Positions 1 through 12,925 of a stretch of DNA of 64,000 bases are shown in pieces. This stretch comes from Lama guanicoe (Eukaryota). A program made the translations under genes and the position numbers. Position 1 is the first letter of the stretch. Every line of letters starts with the position of its first letter. The DNA is taken from assembly GCA_013239625.1 (NCBI GenBank), contig MU054187.1, forward strand, positions 20,959,280-21,023,279, given 5' to 3'. Below the pieces are notes generated by a model, which did not search any database, was not told where the DNA came from, and was given only the letters and a program-made list of their open reading frames with translations.

Positions 1-455
1 CGGAGACCAACAAAGAAAGGTGAGAAGAGGCAGGAATTTCCAGTGTCCAAATGTAACCTGTTGCTCATTATGCCCTCATTTCAATAAAATTAGCCTTGCA
101 GGTCATAAGTACCCATCACGAACTGATGCCACAAAACTTCTGATCCAGACTAAATAAGGACAAAAATCCCTCCTTCCTTTGGGAAGGTGGAGTTGGGATG
201 ATAATCAGGAAATATGACCCCAAGCCCTTCCCTCCTCAATGAGTATTCTGCCCATTCATTTTTACACCCTATGTAACTAACTTGCCACAGAAACTTAGGG
301 CAGCTGCTCACCTGAGCCTGCCCGCTCTCCCCTTGAGCGCGTACTATCCATCCTTTAATAAATCCTCACTTTACTTTTTTTGATCTCTAAGTCTTGTCTC
401 TGAATTCTTCCTGGGATGGGACAGGAACCTGGAACACTGGTTGGATCCACCGGTA
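1..455 (+). mobile_element. 3' part of an ERV LTR (cut by window edge)
   Basis: LTR-like R/U5 layout: AATAAA at 357-362 followed by 'gtcttgtctctgaattcttcctgggatgggacaggaacctgg...ccaccggta'; family not assigned. Confidence 0.65.
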
Positions 456-1666
456 TTCTATGATGTGCATTATTTTCTGATTTAATGCTTGTTTAATAAT
501 AAGACAGTTGTCTTGTTCTACTACTTTTATGAAGACACTTTCTGGGTTGGGAGAAGTTTTTGCTTTTAATTCTATTTCCCAAAAACTAGTTAACTCAGAA
601 AACACCTATCTGTTATCAGGTGGTATTAAATCAGGTGACGTAAATAATTCATTCCCAATGTTTGGTGTAGCAGGAAGACTCTCTGGTTATTAGCCAGGAA
701 TCCATTTCTTGATTGTATATTTGACCTTTATAAAATATGAAGAAATATACAAAGAGAGACAGGAAATATAGCAAAAATAATTTCAAGTAACTAAAAAGCT
801 AAATGATAGGACATTGTTGTCATTTCAGTTAGGCACCTACATAAGCATCCTAGATAATTAATATTCTAAAAGTTGAAAAGTACAAAAAAAATCAATAAAG
901 TCACCATTATGTTGCCAATTGCAAAATGCTTTACCCATCAATTAATCAATTCATTCATTGAATATTTTATTTGAGTGACTAATCGGTGTTAAACATTATT
1001 CTGCTCTCTGTATAGGATGCACTGAAATAAGATAGAATGTTTCTAGAGCTCTTGTGGATATTAACTGTTGGGTGTGGCAGATGCCTGTCAGTTGTATCAG
1101 TGTAGCTAGGAATAACCTTGGCCCAACGAAATATAGACTGAATTGAGCATGTGATTTATTTGACTAACTTCTAAGCATAAAGCTCTTACACAGAGCTGAT
1201 TTCTTCTATGCCCTCTCCCCTTATTATTCTAGGAGGACTACAACCTTTGATAACAGCAAAGACACTCTCTTTTTTATTATAAATTAGATCATCAATACTG
1301 ATAGAAGCAATGTGCTCATTGCTGCAAGCTCATTGTGCTTTCTCATTGATCAGTCTGCAGCCTGGATCAACCAGGGTTCTCTCCTTGCTCCCTGAATAAC
1401 CCTCAACATCTTTGGAAAGTAAAATGATTCATTAACATATGAAAGGCGGATCCCATGACCCCCAGAAGCTGGCTTCCCTGGAATAAGTCTAATTCGATTT
1501 TAAAAAATCTATTCCTTTTCTAGCAGAATTAATATTGGGTTGCATGGTTTTAAATTTTTGCTTTATCAATTATTCAGCATTTGTCAAAAAAAGGAACATA
1601 ATACATAATTGAAATACTTTTATAAATAAACAATATAGAATATATGTACAAGATTTTCTTGGGTTT

Positions 1667-1808
1667 GTGGGGAAGATATAGCTCAAGTGGTAGAGGGCAT
1701 GCTTAGCATGCACAAGGTCCTGGGTTCAATCCCCAGTATCTCCTTCAAAAATAACCTTAATTGCCTCCCCCCTGCCAAAATAAAATAATTAAATAATACA
1801 AAAAAAAA
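1667..1808 (+). mobile_element. tRNA-derived SINE, camelid Vic-1 type
   Basis: A box TAGCTCAAGTGG (1679-1690), B box GGTTCAATCCC (1723-1733), A-rich tail, perfect 17-bp TSD aagattttcttgggttt (1650-1666 / 1809-1825). Confidence 0.9.
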
Positions 1809-2679
1809 AAGATTTTCTTGGGTTTAATTTTCTCCTCAGCATAGACATTTATATGATCTTTGAGGTATGATACAGTCATATCAGAGGAGTTTGATTATTT
1901 CTGCTTCAAAAGATTTTGTTCCACATATCTAAACTACATATTTTCTTGTGAATAACATTTTTCTAATTGTATATGCCATCACAATACACTGCTACTCACT
2001 TATTTTCTGTTGAATCTTTACAGTTCTGTCAGAATATTAAATTTAAAATGTATATTTAACTACTTGATACAATAACATCTGACACAGAAGCTCAGAATAT
2101 GACAATTATTAAAGTTTCATCTCATCTCAAGTTGAAGTACTGATGCAGAAGCATTCAGATAGTTACGTAACTGGACTGTTTCATCCATTCATCCATTTAC
2201 TCATTGAGTCTGTAATTATTGAATCATATTTGGGCAAGAGACTCTGGCAGATACTGCCTATGTTGAAATTAAGGTGATAAAAAGAAAGGTCAGTACATGC
2301 CTATATAGTCAGGCTTGCCTGAGGAATTAGAAACTTGAGAGGAGAGAAATGTATCTTGCCTCTAGACCTCAATATTCACACAGAGAAACTTATTCATGTC
2401 ATTTCGAGGCAGTGGTCTGACTCTACCAGAACTTGTGCCGCCAGTCAGACCTGCAGCAAGCAAACCCTCACTGATTCTAAGAGGACTGGTGAGATCTGAT
2501 CTAATGACTCTCCATCCATGAAGAATATTCAAGCAATCTAGTGAATGTGAGATTGTTTTGATACCACAGTCAAGCAAAAGGAGTGTGGTGACTCTAGGTG
2601 CTACTATTACCACACTGGAGGGCCAGAAACACCCCCTCATCACAGGAAGAACAACGTGTGCTGGGAGGTGGAGGGAATG

Positions 2680-2790
2680 AGGTTTGGATTCAGACTCCCC
2701 CTGACTCAAACCTGAGCTCCACTCTTTATTACTAGTGTTCCCTGGATTATCACTTTTTCTGTCTGAATGTTCTTATTTGTGAAATTGGTG
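2680..2790 (+). mobile_element. MIR fragment
   Basis: Degenerate MIR core 'tttggattcagactc...caaacctgagctccactc...ctgtctgaatgttcttatttgtgaaattgg'. Confidence 0.5.
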
Positions 2791-2906
2791 TTGCCTGTTA
2801 AAAAAAGTTTTTTGGTCTAACATGAAGAAAAACAATTTAAATCATGACTGAAGTTTCTTGAAGGGGTACCAAAAGAAAAATCCTTTCATAACACACAAAA
2901 AACAGA

Positions 2907-3107
2907 CACATGTTACTATATATAAAATAAACAAGGACTTACTGTATAGCACAGGGAACTATATTCAATTTCTTGTAATAATATATAATGGAAAAGAATC
3001 TGAAAAGATATATATATATATATGTATATGTATAACTGAATCACTTTGTTGTACACCTGAAATTAATGTTGTAAATCAACTACACTTCAATTAAAAAAAT
3101 TTTTTTA
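2907..3107 (+). mobile_element. 5'-truncated L1 3' end (cetartiodactyl type)
   Basis: 'actgtatagcacagggaactatattcaa...actacacttcaattaaaaaa'; flanking direct repeat aacacacaaaa at 2890-2900 / 3108-3118. Confidence 0.85.
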
Positions 3108-4446
3108 AACACACAAAATAAAACAAACTTCTTAAGATCCTTTTTCTCCATCCCTCAATATTTTGGAGGGCAGTGTCTCCCAAGGGATGTGCAGGACCCT
3201 GGGGAAATACTTCTGTGAGTCCTTTCCAATATAAATAATTTAATTAAGATAGTAATCCAAAACTCATGGGTCTATATGTGTTATAACTATGTATCAATAA
3301 ACGTTTAGATTAGTGGGTAGAGAAAAGACAATTACATACTTGTTGATCCTTCAGACAGTGCATGTGAGGCTCATTCCTGGTGTTCAGGTACATATTTATA
3401 TCTAGAAATAATTTCTCGCTTTTTTTTAAATTGTCAAATGTCTTATTAGTATCTAATTTCATATTTCTCACCATGAGAAAAAAAGGAGCAACATTATTAT
3501 AACTTGTAACATCATGGCTTTTGGAATCTGTTTCTATCGAAATAATTTGGGCCTTCTTGCCACTACAATTTCCTAACACCATTCACTTAATGCTGGTTAC
3601 ATCTTTACTCATGATTCTGGATCATTTACCATGATGTCTGGCTGTATTGGCTTCCAATGACTCTCTCACAGGTTATTTCTATGCTTCAGGTCCCCCGAAT
3701 GTTAAGTCTTAACTAAAGGATGCAGAGAGAAGCGTGGAAAACAATTCATTTTCTGATCATGTTAAACTTATTACAGTAATTTTATAGACTAAACAACACA
3801 GAACACATCTTCCAGCCATGTTTTCTTTTGAAATCTTTGGACAGTTATAACCACACTTCTGGAATCTGATCTCTTTCAGTGCTGACCATGTTCTTCCTAA
3901 GTATTTATGTAGTAGCAATGACCATGGGCATCTTCTAAAGCACTCAACAATGAAGCAAATGTTGAAAATGAGGGCTTTTTCACCTTTTCCAGAATCACAG
4001 TGGAAAACTTATCTATTTCACTCATGGCAAGTTTATTGCAGTTATGTCACATTGGGACAAATGCAATGCTATGAAATATGTAGGAAGTAAGGCTGAAATC
4101 CAAATCACAAACCAAAATACGACTTTTAAATACCATGAGTGATAAATTTGTGAGCACTTAAGTAATATTACAGGAAAATGCCAGGTAAGCATCAGGAGAA
4201 CATGCAGCATTTTCTAAGACTTGTTACCAAAGAGGAATCTTGAGCTATGGGAATCCAGAACCACGTCAAATCCAAAATAATTAGCTGAAGTAATATGATA
4301 TATTCCTCTTCAATTAGAGATTAAAGCCAGGTCCCACCCAGGGTGGAATCATTTTCTAAAGAGCAGGAAATGATTGTACTGTTCAGTGAAGCCCCTTGCT
4401 TATCAAACTGACTGCCTTACCAGGATTGCTCTTTTGGGGCCCACAG

Positions 4447-4548
4447 GGACTGAGTTTATGTATCTTCAGCAGATATTGCAGATCATGAATTTGCCAAGGA
4501 CTGAGTTTTTGTATCTTCAGCAGATGCTGCAGGTCATGAATTTGCCAA
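4447..4548. repeat. 51-bp tandem duplication (2 copies)
   Basis: 4447-4497 vs 4498-4548, 4 mismatches, ungapped. Confidence 0.95.
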
Positions 4549-4819
4549 ACAAATCCTAGATCACTACATATAACCAATTTATCCTGAGAAAGGAATAAGC
4601 CTGATATTTAGTGAAAGATCACTACTTGCCTTGATAAGGAGAGATGATTTTATTTTTTTTGTTTGTTTCTCAAAAAACATATGGAATAGACATCGTTATT
4701 TTCACTGCATTCAATTCCTTAGGCTCAAGGTAACAAATCATGCTATCCATCTTACAAAGCAAAGTTCAGCATTTATAACACTGTGGTCATGTGATGAGGT
4801 TCTCACCAACTGCATGTGA

Positions 4820-5150
4820 GCATTAAGCATGCCTCACCTGCTTAAAAGGAAACTGCTTGCCCTGGGCGTCTTCCTGTCTTTTTCCTCTCCCATGAGCTGG
4901 AGGACAGAGGTGTCGGGGATGCACCATAGACCCGGAAGACTAGGACAGCGGTGATGAGTGGGCAAACCAAACTGAGAAGGAGAACCTGCGTCTCACAATG
5001 ACCTTGGGAAGGAGATGTGTCTACCAGCCTAGACACACCTGACACCTAGGTGAAAGGGAAGTAAATTTCCATCTCAGCTAAGCCTCTGTACTTTTCTTTT
5101 TCCAGTCTTTTTGCTATAGCCACTTGCCCTATACATTTTTGATTAACACA
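4820..5150 (+). mobile_element. MLT1-type (ERVL-MaLR) LTR fragment, old
   Basis: MLT1-like 3' motif 'gtgaaagggaagtaaatttccatctcagctaagcctctgtac'. Confidence 0.5.
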
Positions 5151-5701
5151 GGTGATGTTTCTGGATGGCCCAGCTCCCTGGCATTGACTGTGAACTTGCT
5201 CAGTTCTAATGCCATGTGGTGAGCATTTCATGCTTCACGCTCCTTCTCTATTGGCTAAATTACCTGCAATCGCAGTGTTATGGCCACAACACGCTGCTGC
5301 GTCTACTTTTGCTGGTTAGTAACTAGAATATGTGAAATGTGAGCAAACCTTGCAAATGGAGGGAATTATCTCCACCAATTGTTCAAATGATCCACACTGC
5401 TTACAGCAAATCTCACAAAAAATTCTGCATTTCTCTGTGTGATTCTTAAAATGTTAAGATTTGAATCCCACTGCTTTTGATTTTAAGGAATCGTCCTGAA
5501 TTCATTCTAGAAATCTGCTTAAAAGCAGGAGTTTTATATTTATTTTACATATTTTACACATCTACTTAATTACATAGATATGAAGTTAAGAGAAATGTTT
5601 TGGAAGGCATCAGCCTTACATCTTCAAAAAACCAAATATACACATCTGCATACACAGGAGGGGGATATATATGTCTGTGTGTGTATATATATATGAATAT
5701 A

Positions 5702-5900
5702 CAGTTGACCCTTGAATAACATGGGTTTGAACTGTGTAGGTCCATTTATAAGTGGATTTTTTCAATGTAAATAATACACTACTCTACACGATCTGTGATT
5801 TGTTGAACCTGACGATGAGAAACACCAACTATGGGACTTGATCAAAATGGATTTTGATATCCACGGCAAGTCCTGGAGCCAATCCTCTGCAGATATACGA
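5702..5900 (+). mobile_element. Tigger2/MER8-like TcMar-Tigger DNA transposon
   Basis: TA + 'cagttgacccttgaataacatgggtttgaactgtgtaggtcc' left end; 'ggattttgatatcc...gtcctggagccaatcc' near right end; right TIR disrupted. Confidence 0.8.
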
Positions 5901-7094
5901 TATCCTCACTTGATTAAAAGGCAACTTCTTGCCCTGGACATCTTCCTGTCTTTTCCCTTTCCTTTGAGCTAGAGGACAGAAGTGTCAGAGATGTGCCGTT
6001 TGTATATATACCTAGAAGCCACTTTTGTGCTCTGATCTGGAGTTGAAAATTTTCAACACATAAGTGAAATGATCACTTTTGTCTAATGACTAATGGCTAC
6101 AAATTCCCACCTTTAGATTTATCCTTTTTAGTTATAATGCTCTTTGCAGACTCCTCCTACTAAATCTGTTGTCTGGTGGAAGAACTAGTAAAGCAATATT
6201 AAAACAGAAAATATAAAGGAATGAGATCAACAGAAGATACACCTGCTGTTGGTAGTGAAAGGGGGTGGTGTCTGTGGGGCAGCTGAGGAAGAGCAGATCT
6301 GAATGCTGAGATTCAATTTAAGGCTTTGGTTGCCTAAATGAGCAGGCATAGAAAGCAAATGATATACAAAAGCACTAAGACAGGAGGTAAAGGGATGCCC
6401 AAGTCACATTTTGCCTGCTTTCCAGGGTTTCCACATCACAAGACACTAAGACCTTTGCTCTAGACAAGTATCTTACAAGATACATAGCTGACCTCAGCTC
6501 CCTCTATTTGTTCTCCTGGAATAATCACTGCTTAAAAGGGAAGGGTGATCTTAAGGGAGAGATTATAGCTAAAAGACACTTTGTCCAGGAAACCCAGGAA
6601 GGATCGCTCTTCATGGGGTTATGAGTTAATCTCTGCCACAGACCAGGTCTCACGGGTGGGGCAGTTCTAAGGCTGTAAGCATTCTCAACTGCTTTGATTT
6701 ATCTCTGCTCCTTGGAATTTATTAAAAAATTGTTCTAATCTGGAACATCTCAGATTTTGTTATTATAGATGAGGTCTCATTTTCCGGTTTTCCTGATTAA
6801 ATCTATAGCTGAGCTGTGAAAAGAAAACAAGGATGTGCTAGGAGAGGGTTACCCAGATATGAAGTTAAGAGAAATGTTTTGCAAGGCTTCAGTCTTAAAT
6901 CTTCAAATAAGCAAATGTACACATACTATGGATGCAAGAGGTTTCCATTTGTTAAATTTGAATAAGAAGAAGAGGGAGGAAGAGAATAAGAGGAGAAGGG
7001 AAGAGAAGTTCACATTTTTGAGCATTTGCTTGGTGCTATGTACTCTTCACATTACACTAAATGTACTACCATTGTTCATTCTTTCCATATTAAT

Positions 7095-7836
7095 GACTTC
7101 CCTTGTTTTTGATGACCTTAACAGTTTTGGGGAGTACTCATCAGATATATTACAGAACGTACCCCAAATGGGGTTTTGCTCATGGTTAGGCTGTAGCTCA
7201 GAATCCTGGGGAAGAAGACCATAGGCAAAGTCAATCTCACCACATCATAAAAAGGATATGTTCTTTCAACATGACATCACTGTTGACGTTCACCTTGATC
7301 ATTGGGCTGAGTCAGTGGTTGCAAGGTTTCTCCACTGCAAAGCTACCCTTTTGCTCCTTTTCAATACTCTGCTTCTTAGAAGGAAGATGCCACATACAGG
7401 CTATATTTAATGAGTAGGGATTTATAGTCTCCTTTCTTGAGGACAGTAGCTACATAAATTATTTGGAATTGATCCACGTGGGAGATTTGCCCATTAGCCT
7501 TTATTTATATATTCAGTGATTCAATTCAGTATGGACTTGTGGATATTTATTTTATACTCTGGATTATAATCCAGTACTACTTTGCTGCTCAAATTTTTCT
7601 CTTTGGCCACCTTGGGGAGTTTTTTGTTGACTTCTGTGTCCCTTTGACTTAACCTTATTAATATGTTATGAGATTTTGTGTGTGTGTGTGTTTTAGCACT
7701 TCCTGCCTTTCTGGCACTACCAGGTGCTCCAGGATCATTTATGTATTCTCTGACTTAGCTCAAAATTCAGCTTTTTCTCCAAAGAGTCCTGGTTCCTTTT
7801 GTTAGAGAAAGGTATTAGAAACCAAGATCTGGGTGG
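7095..7836 (-). mobile_element. Old L1 3'UTR (L1MC/L1MD-like)
   Basis: Reverse complement of 'cacccagatcttggtttctaatacc...aaaaggaaccagg...gtgccagaaagg' plus 'caccttgatca...ggtttctccactg' block typical of L1MC/MD 3' ends. Confidence 0.75.
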
Positions 7837-7989
7837 TTTAGTCATTTTTCGAACATCTCAACTCCCTTCATTCACCAGGGACTGAGAATTCCGTTCCCAT
7901 CCATTGTTTCAGGTTATTCTGTGTCTGCCCCTCAGGTGCTGGTGCTTTTTTATCCACAGTCCCTGCAGTTCCCATTCTACATGCTATTT

Positions 7990-8480
7990 GAGTGATTTTT
8001 ATCCCTTTTCTTGTCTCACACAACACTCTGGATGCTGTTCACTCCCAAACTCTGAACTTTTCCCTGAACTAAAGACTCCAACTGCCTGATGAGCATAAAT
8101 AAATGAATTCCACAGGTGCCTCATACCAGACATGCCACAATTGAAACTGCCATCTTCCCCTCGCCAAATCGATCATTCTTCTCCTAATCTCCATTAATAC
8201 CACCGCTGTCTACCCACCAGCCGTCCAGTCACCAGGGTCATTCTAGTCTCTCCTGTGTCTCTTATTCTGCCTCCCACTCAACAATCAAGCCCTGGCATTT
8301 TGCTTCTCAAAAGATTATCCAGTCAACTCCCTCTATTTATTGTTTCAGCTTCCTTAGTTCCAGTCCCTACCAGTTGTCACCTGTGCCACTGAAAGTCTCA
8401 GTGTCTCCAATTTTACCTCCTCAAAACCACCCTCTAAACTGAGGTCACAAGGATTTGTTATAAAGGCTCATCAGACACTA
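7990..8480 (+). mobile_element. L2 fragment
   Basis: 'tccctgaact...ccaactgcct...ccacaggtgcctca...aattgaaactgccatcttcccc' L2 3'-region motifs. Confidence 0.6.
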
Positions 8481-10326
8481 TTATTCCTCTATATATCATA
8501 TGTTCTTTACATAATCAGACAGTTAAAAAAAGAAGGGAGTCCTGGGTTTATTTCACGATTATTGTTGGAGCACTTGGCACAAATCTAACACAGACTAAAA
8601 GCAGACACAAATAAAACATCCGGATCAAACCAATACTCCAAGTTTTTATTAGCACCGTGGCAGGTGCTGGGAGCAACACATTCTTTAGGAGAGGTCTCTC
8701 ACGGTCTACTGAAATGACTGAAAAATGAATTCTAAAAGTACACACCGGGATGGGAAATATCATGGTTACCAGGACAAAAGAATGATCATGGAATCAATGT
8801 AAGACCACTTAAAGGGAAACCTAGTGATCAAAAAGCAACGCTGTTTCTTTCTGCAGTTGCCCTCAATTGCTGGGTAGCAAGGCTTTGATGTAATACACTC
8901 ATTTTGTTTTTGAGGCTGCAGACAATTTGCTACCACTAATAAAGAACTGAAATATGTGAGTGATTTACATGTTTGACAAATGGAATTTTCTAACACCCAT
9001 AAAACAGTGTCTGTTTTACTCATTTCTATGGCAATATGCTTTCTTGAGAGAAAGAGTAAAATAATGTGCTTACAGCTAGCCAGCTGGTAACCCTGGGGAA
9101 GGCTGTGAGCATGTGAACAGCCCTCTCCCCTCTCCAACAGAAAATCAAAGAGGTTAGAACTGCTACTCTCTGAACCATCAAAACAGAGCTGCCGCTGGGG
9201 TCTTCCGGGCTCTGAACGGCTTTCCCAGCAACATCAGTCCAACTCAACGTGAGGGATCCCTTACATCTGTCCCTGAAGGACCACTCTCGCATCTGAAATG
9301 TTTATTCAAAAGGCATTTGTCCCAATTCTGTGCAAGGCACGAGACAAACAGAATTCCAAAGCTGGTAGCCATTTCCTGCACCATCCTGTTTAAAGGTGGA
9401 CATTCATGTATAACCCAAGTGTATTTTCCATTAGTATGTATGATTTATGCCGTAGCAAGTGCTTAGATAACTAATAAAGTGTGTGTATATACACGCCAGA
9501 AGTTTAAAGAAAACAGAATAATGCCATAGATTAATTTCAACAGCCCACATTCTGTTCCAGACTTGATCACTAGCTCATTGTCAACTAGTATACTATGTTT
9601 ATTTTTCATTCTATCCACCAATATTGTGTGAGACACAGTTAGGTTATATAGTACTCATTAGCTCTCAATGACTTCAGAATCTAGTTAGAAAGATAAGACT
9701 CTCATTTTCACACACACACTCAATCACACACACAGACACATATTGTTAAGGTTAGGAGGTAAATAAAACAATGCAGTAGATATCCAATATGTCTGAAGGG
9801 ATTTTCAATGAATTTCAAGAGTATGTTTCGGACTTAAAGTGCAGGCCATGTGGCATTCATAGAACTCAGTCAGGGGTGCCTTGGTGCCTCCAAGAGATCA
9901 CAGTAATATCTAGAGTAGCCAAAAGGGAAATACAAGAGGACCGTGTGGGCGGATGCTTACGGCAACAGACCTGCCGTAATGATCAGACAACTTGGACAGA
10001 GAAAACACTGTCTTCAAACATGAGGCCCAACTTAGAAGTCATGAGGGCAGGTGCTTCAGTTTGCAGGCACTGGCTTGTCTTTCAGCTGCATCTCACAAAG
10101 GGAAGCCCATGAAGCGTACTCCAAAGTAAAGAGCAACAGAGATTTACTTACAATTGTGATTTATGAGTTTCAAAACAATACAGTGGAAGCCAGCCAGACT
10201 GTAAGTGTAATGGATTCAGCTAGAGAAGAAACTGCTATTTGCTAATATGACAGGAGGGAAGCATTAGAACGTGATTTTAATTGAATTTGGGCCTTCAAAA
10301 TGGTCTATATTTTGGATTAAAAAGAC

Positions 10327-10480
10327 GGGGAACTATATTCAATATCTTGTAATATACTTTAATGAAAAAGAATATGAAAATGAATATATGTGTATATATG
10401 CATGACTGGGGCACTATGATGTACATGAGAAATTGACACATTGCAATTGACTATTCTCTAATAATAATAATAATAATAAT
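10327..10480 (+). mobile_element. 5'-truncated L1 3' end with (AAT)n tail
   Basis: 'gggaactatattcaatatcttgtaata...gcatgactgggg...aaattgacacattg' followed by (AAT)n. Confidence 0.85.
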
Positions 10481-12086
10481 AAGACAAGGAGTAAAGCTTC
10501 TTAAGACAAGAGGAGTTACCTGTCTTAGGGGCTGACTCCCAAGCTAGACCACTGGGTTCAGTTATTACACTGATGCATTTGTGACATCTTAGCCCAGACT
10601 TCAGTCCATTTCACCTCCCAAATTCCCAAATGTCAATCAGAAAGTTCCTTAAAGTTCCCTCTCAGTGAATTCTGCTGCTTAAAAAGGGAGATACATTCCC
10701 CTTCATCGGGTAACTTCTAAATATAAAATTCACCAAACTGCGGTTCATTGAAAGATGGTGTTACCCATTCCCTTTCAAAATCACACCAGACCCATCCCCC
10801 AACACTTTTTTTTTAATCAAAGAAAACAAAATTAAAAATCTTACTTTAGTCACTTTTCTTCCCTTCAGGCAGGAATTTTCTGTCCCTACTTTAGAGGCTC
10901 TCCTAACCACACAGAAACTAACCCCTTTCTGCCTCATTCCCTTTCTGGGCAAATACTCAGTCAATTTTGCTTTTTAGTTCTTATCAGTTAGGGAACTTTC
11001 CTGTACATATACAGAGAATATTCTACATTCTGCCAAGGTGTTCCTGTTAAGTGTGTGGGATTTCCTCACCCTAAAATTACGTGTGTATCTGAAATTAGTT
11101 TCAGCTGCCGTGTATGACAAATACCCAAAAGCCAAAAACTAGTTACCATTTTACAGTGGTTCTCATTTAGAGGAGAACAAAAAGTGCTTTTTTGGATTTA
11201 CTATTTTGTAATAGTATCCTTATGGCCCCAATTTGAGTATAAGATATTTTAAAAATGGTGTCAGCCTTATGTAAGCCCTTGATTTTACCAATTTTTTGAT
11301 ATCTAATTTTTAGCATCATAATGCAAAAATTATAAACAGCATGATAAATTATAAAGATTAACCTACTAAAGCACAGACATTTTGTTTACTGTTACTACAT
11401 AGACATCATAATGTGCAACAGCTGAATTATAAAACCTGTGTTCTTTTTCAGTGATTGGATTGCAAATGTGACTTTTTGGACTAAAGAGATTTTTTTTTCC
11501 ATAAGACAGTTTTATTATTTCTTCACAATGCAGGAAAGTTTATAATTATCCTTTTATAGCCATATAGTTTACCTTAAATATGTTGACAGTTAGTGTCTGC
11601 TGACAGGAGGTGGAAATATTTTTTGATAAATGAGCACCATATTTGAAAAGTGTAGATCCACTTGTTTTATAAAATTATGTGAGCAGTCATGTTCTAATTA
11701 TAATGTTAGCATCAATAATTTTATACTCTAATGATTACACTTCCTTAATATGTCAATATTATTACTGTTTGCAAATATTCTTATCAGTTCAATCTTTCCT
11801 TAGCATATACATTCTCCTTTTTCAGAAAAATTCCATGTAAAGAAGTGATTTACAAAACCTACTGATTTTAAGTTGGTGTTATATTGCTACCTGTAGCTTG
11901 TGTTTAAACTATCAGCATCATTATAAACTCGAAGGATATGCTGTCTCTTTGAAGAGATGCAGAGATAGGCAGTGGAAAAGAAAGGAATACATGAATAGAA
12001 ATGCAGTTCACAATAACTTATATCCCTCTTTTGGAATTCAGCAGAAACAAAGTAATGAGCATTTAAAACAAAACACACAAAAAAAA

Positions 12087-12152
12087 TGACTGAAACATTA
12101 CGCTGTATATCAGAAATTGACACATTGTAAACTGACTATACTTCAATTAAAA
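12087..12152 (+). mobile_element. Very short L1 3' end followed by (CA)13
   Basis: 'tgactgaaacattacgctgtatatcagaaattgacacattgtaaactgactatacttcaattaaaa' matches the other L1 ends in the window. Confidence 0.85.
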
Positions 12153-12642
12153 CACACACACACACACACACACACACAACCTTACTTGTATCTCATAATT
12201 ATTTTAAATTTTACAATTAAAAATGTTACTTTTTTCTAATAATTAGTCATACTAGAAATTTTCTATCTTCTTTTTAATTTTGGCAAGTAATCTAGCTCAC
12301 CACAGTTTCATTTATAATTAACTTGTGATTATTCTCGGTAATGTGAAGTTAATATAAAATACAGAGGAAACAAATTGGTAAAGTCCACTTTTATTCTCCT
12401 TTCTTATTTCATGTTTGACTAAGAAAAAATGCTTTTGGCAATTTTGCTGAATTAAAAAAAATTCCCACAAATTTTCTGCAATTTCAGACTATTTCTTTAT
12501 TGAATAAACAAATATTCGTGCTACCATTGCAGCTCCTGTGCTAGACACCCATGAATCTATTTTAAAATTCTAAAAGACACAGAATCCCTGTTCTCTTATT
12601 TCTCTTCTTATCTGGTAACAGATTTGTACATTTGCAAACACT

Positions 12643-12925
12643 ACAGTTGCCTTAATAATACTTGTTCTCCTCTTCTTTGCTAACAAACCCTGATTTTCTT
12701 AATGTGCTAGTTAACATAGTCAGCTTCGTGCTGTCCTTAACTTTTTGCCTTTTCACCTTCTCTCGTACCTTTCGACCAGAAGGCAGATACGATGCCTAGA
12801 GTAGGAGCAGCCATTTTGGTACCAGGATGGGAAAAAAACAAAAGCCACAGTCTTAGCATAGCAGAAAAGACCCTAGAAGATGTCCGGTCCTTGAGGACTT
12901 CTTGAGACAATGCCCCAGGCCTGGA
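12643..12925 (+). mobile_element. MLT1 (J/K/L-like) LTR fragment
   Basis: 'tcttctttgctaacaaaccctgatttt', 'gatgcctagagtaggagcagccattttg', 'gtccttgaggac' MaLR motifs. Confidence 0.6.

Noticed and set aside
1669..1745. tRNA-like sequence with A and B boxes (also at 37472 and 41199)
   Set aside because: Followed by a SINE body and A-tail and flanked by TSDs: SINE heads, not tRNA genes
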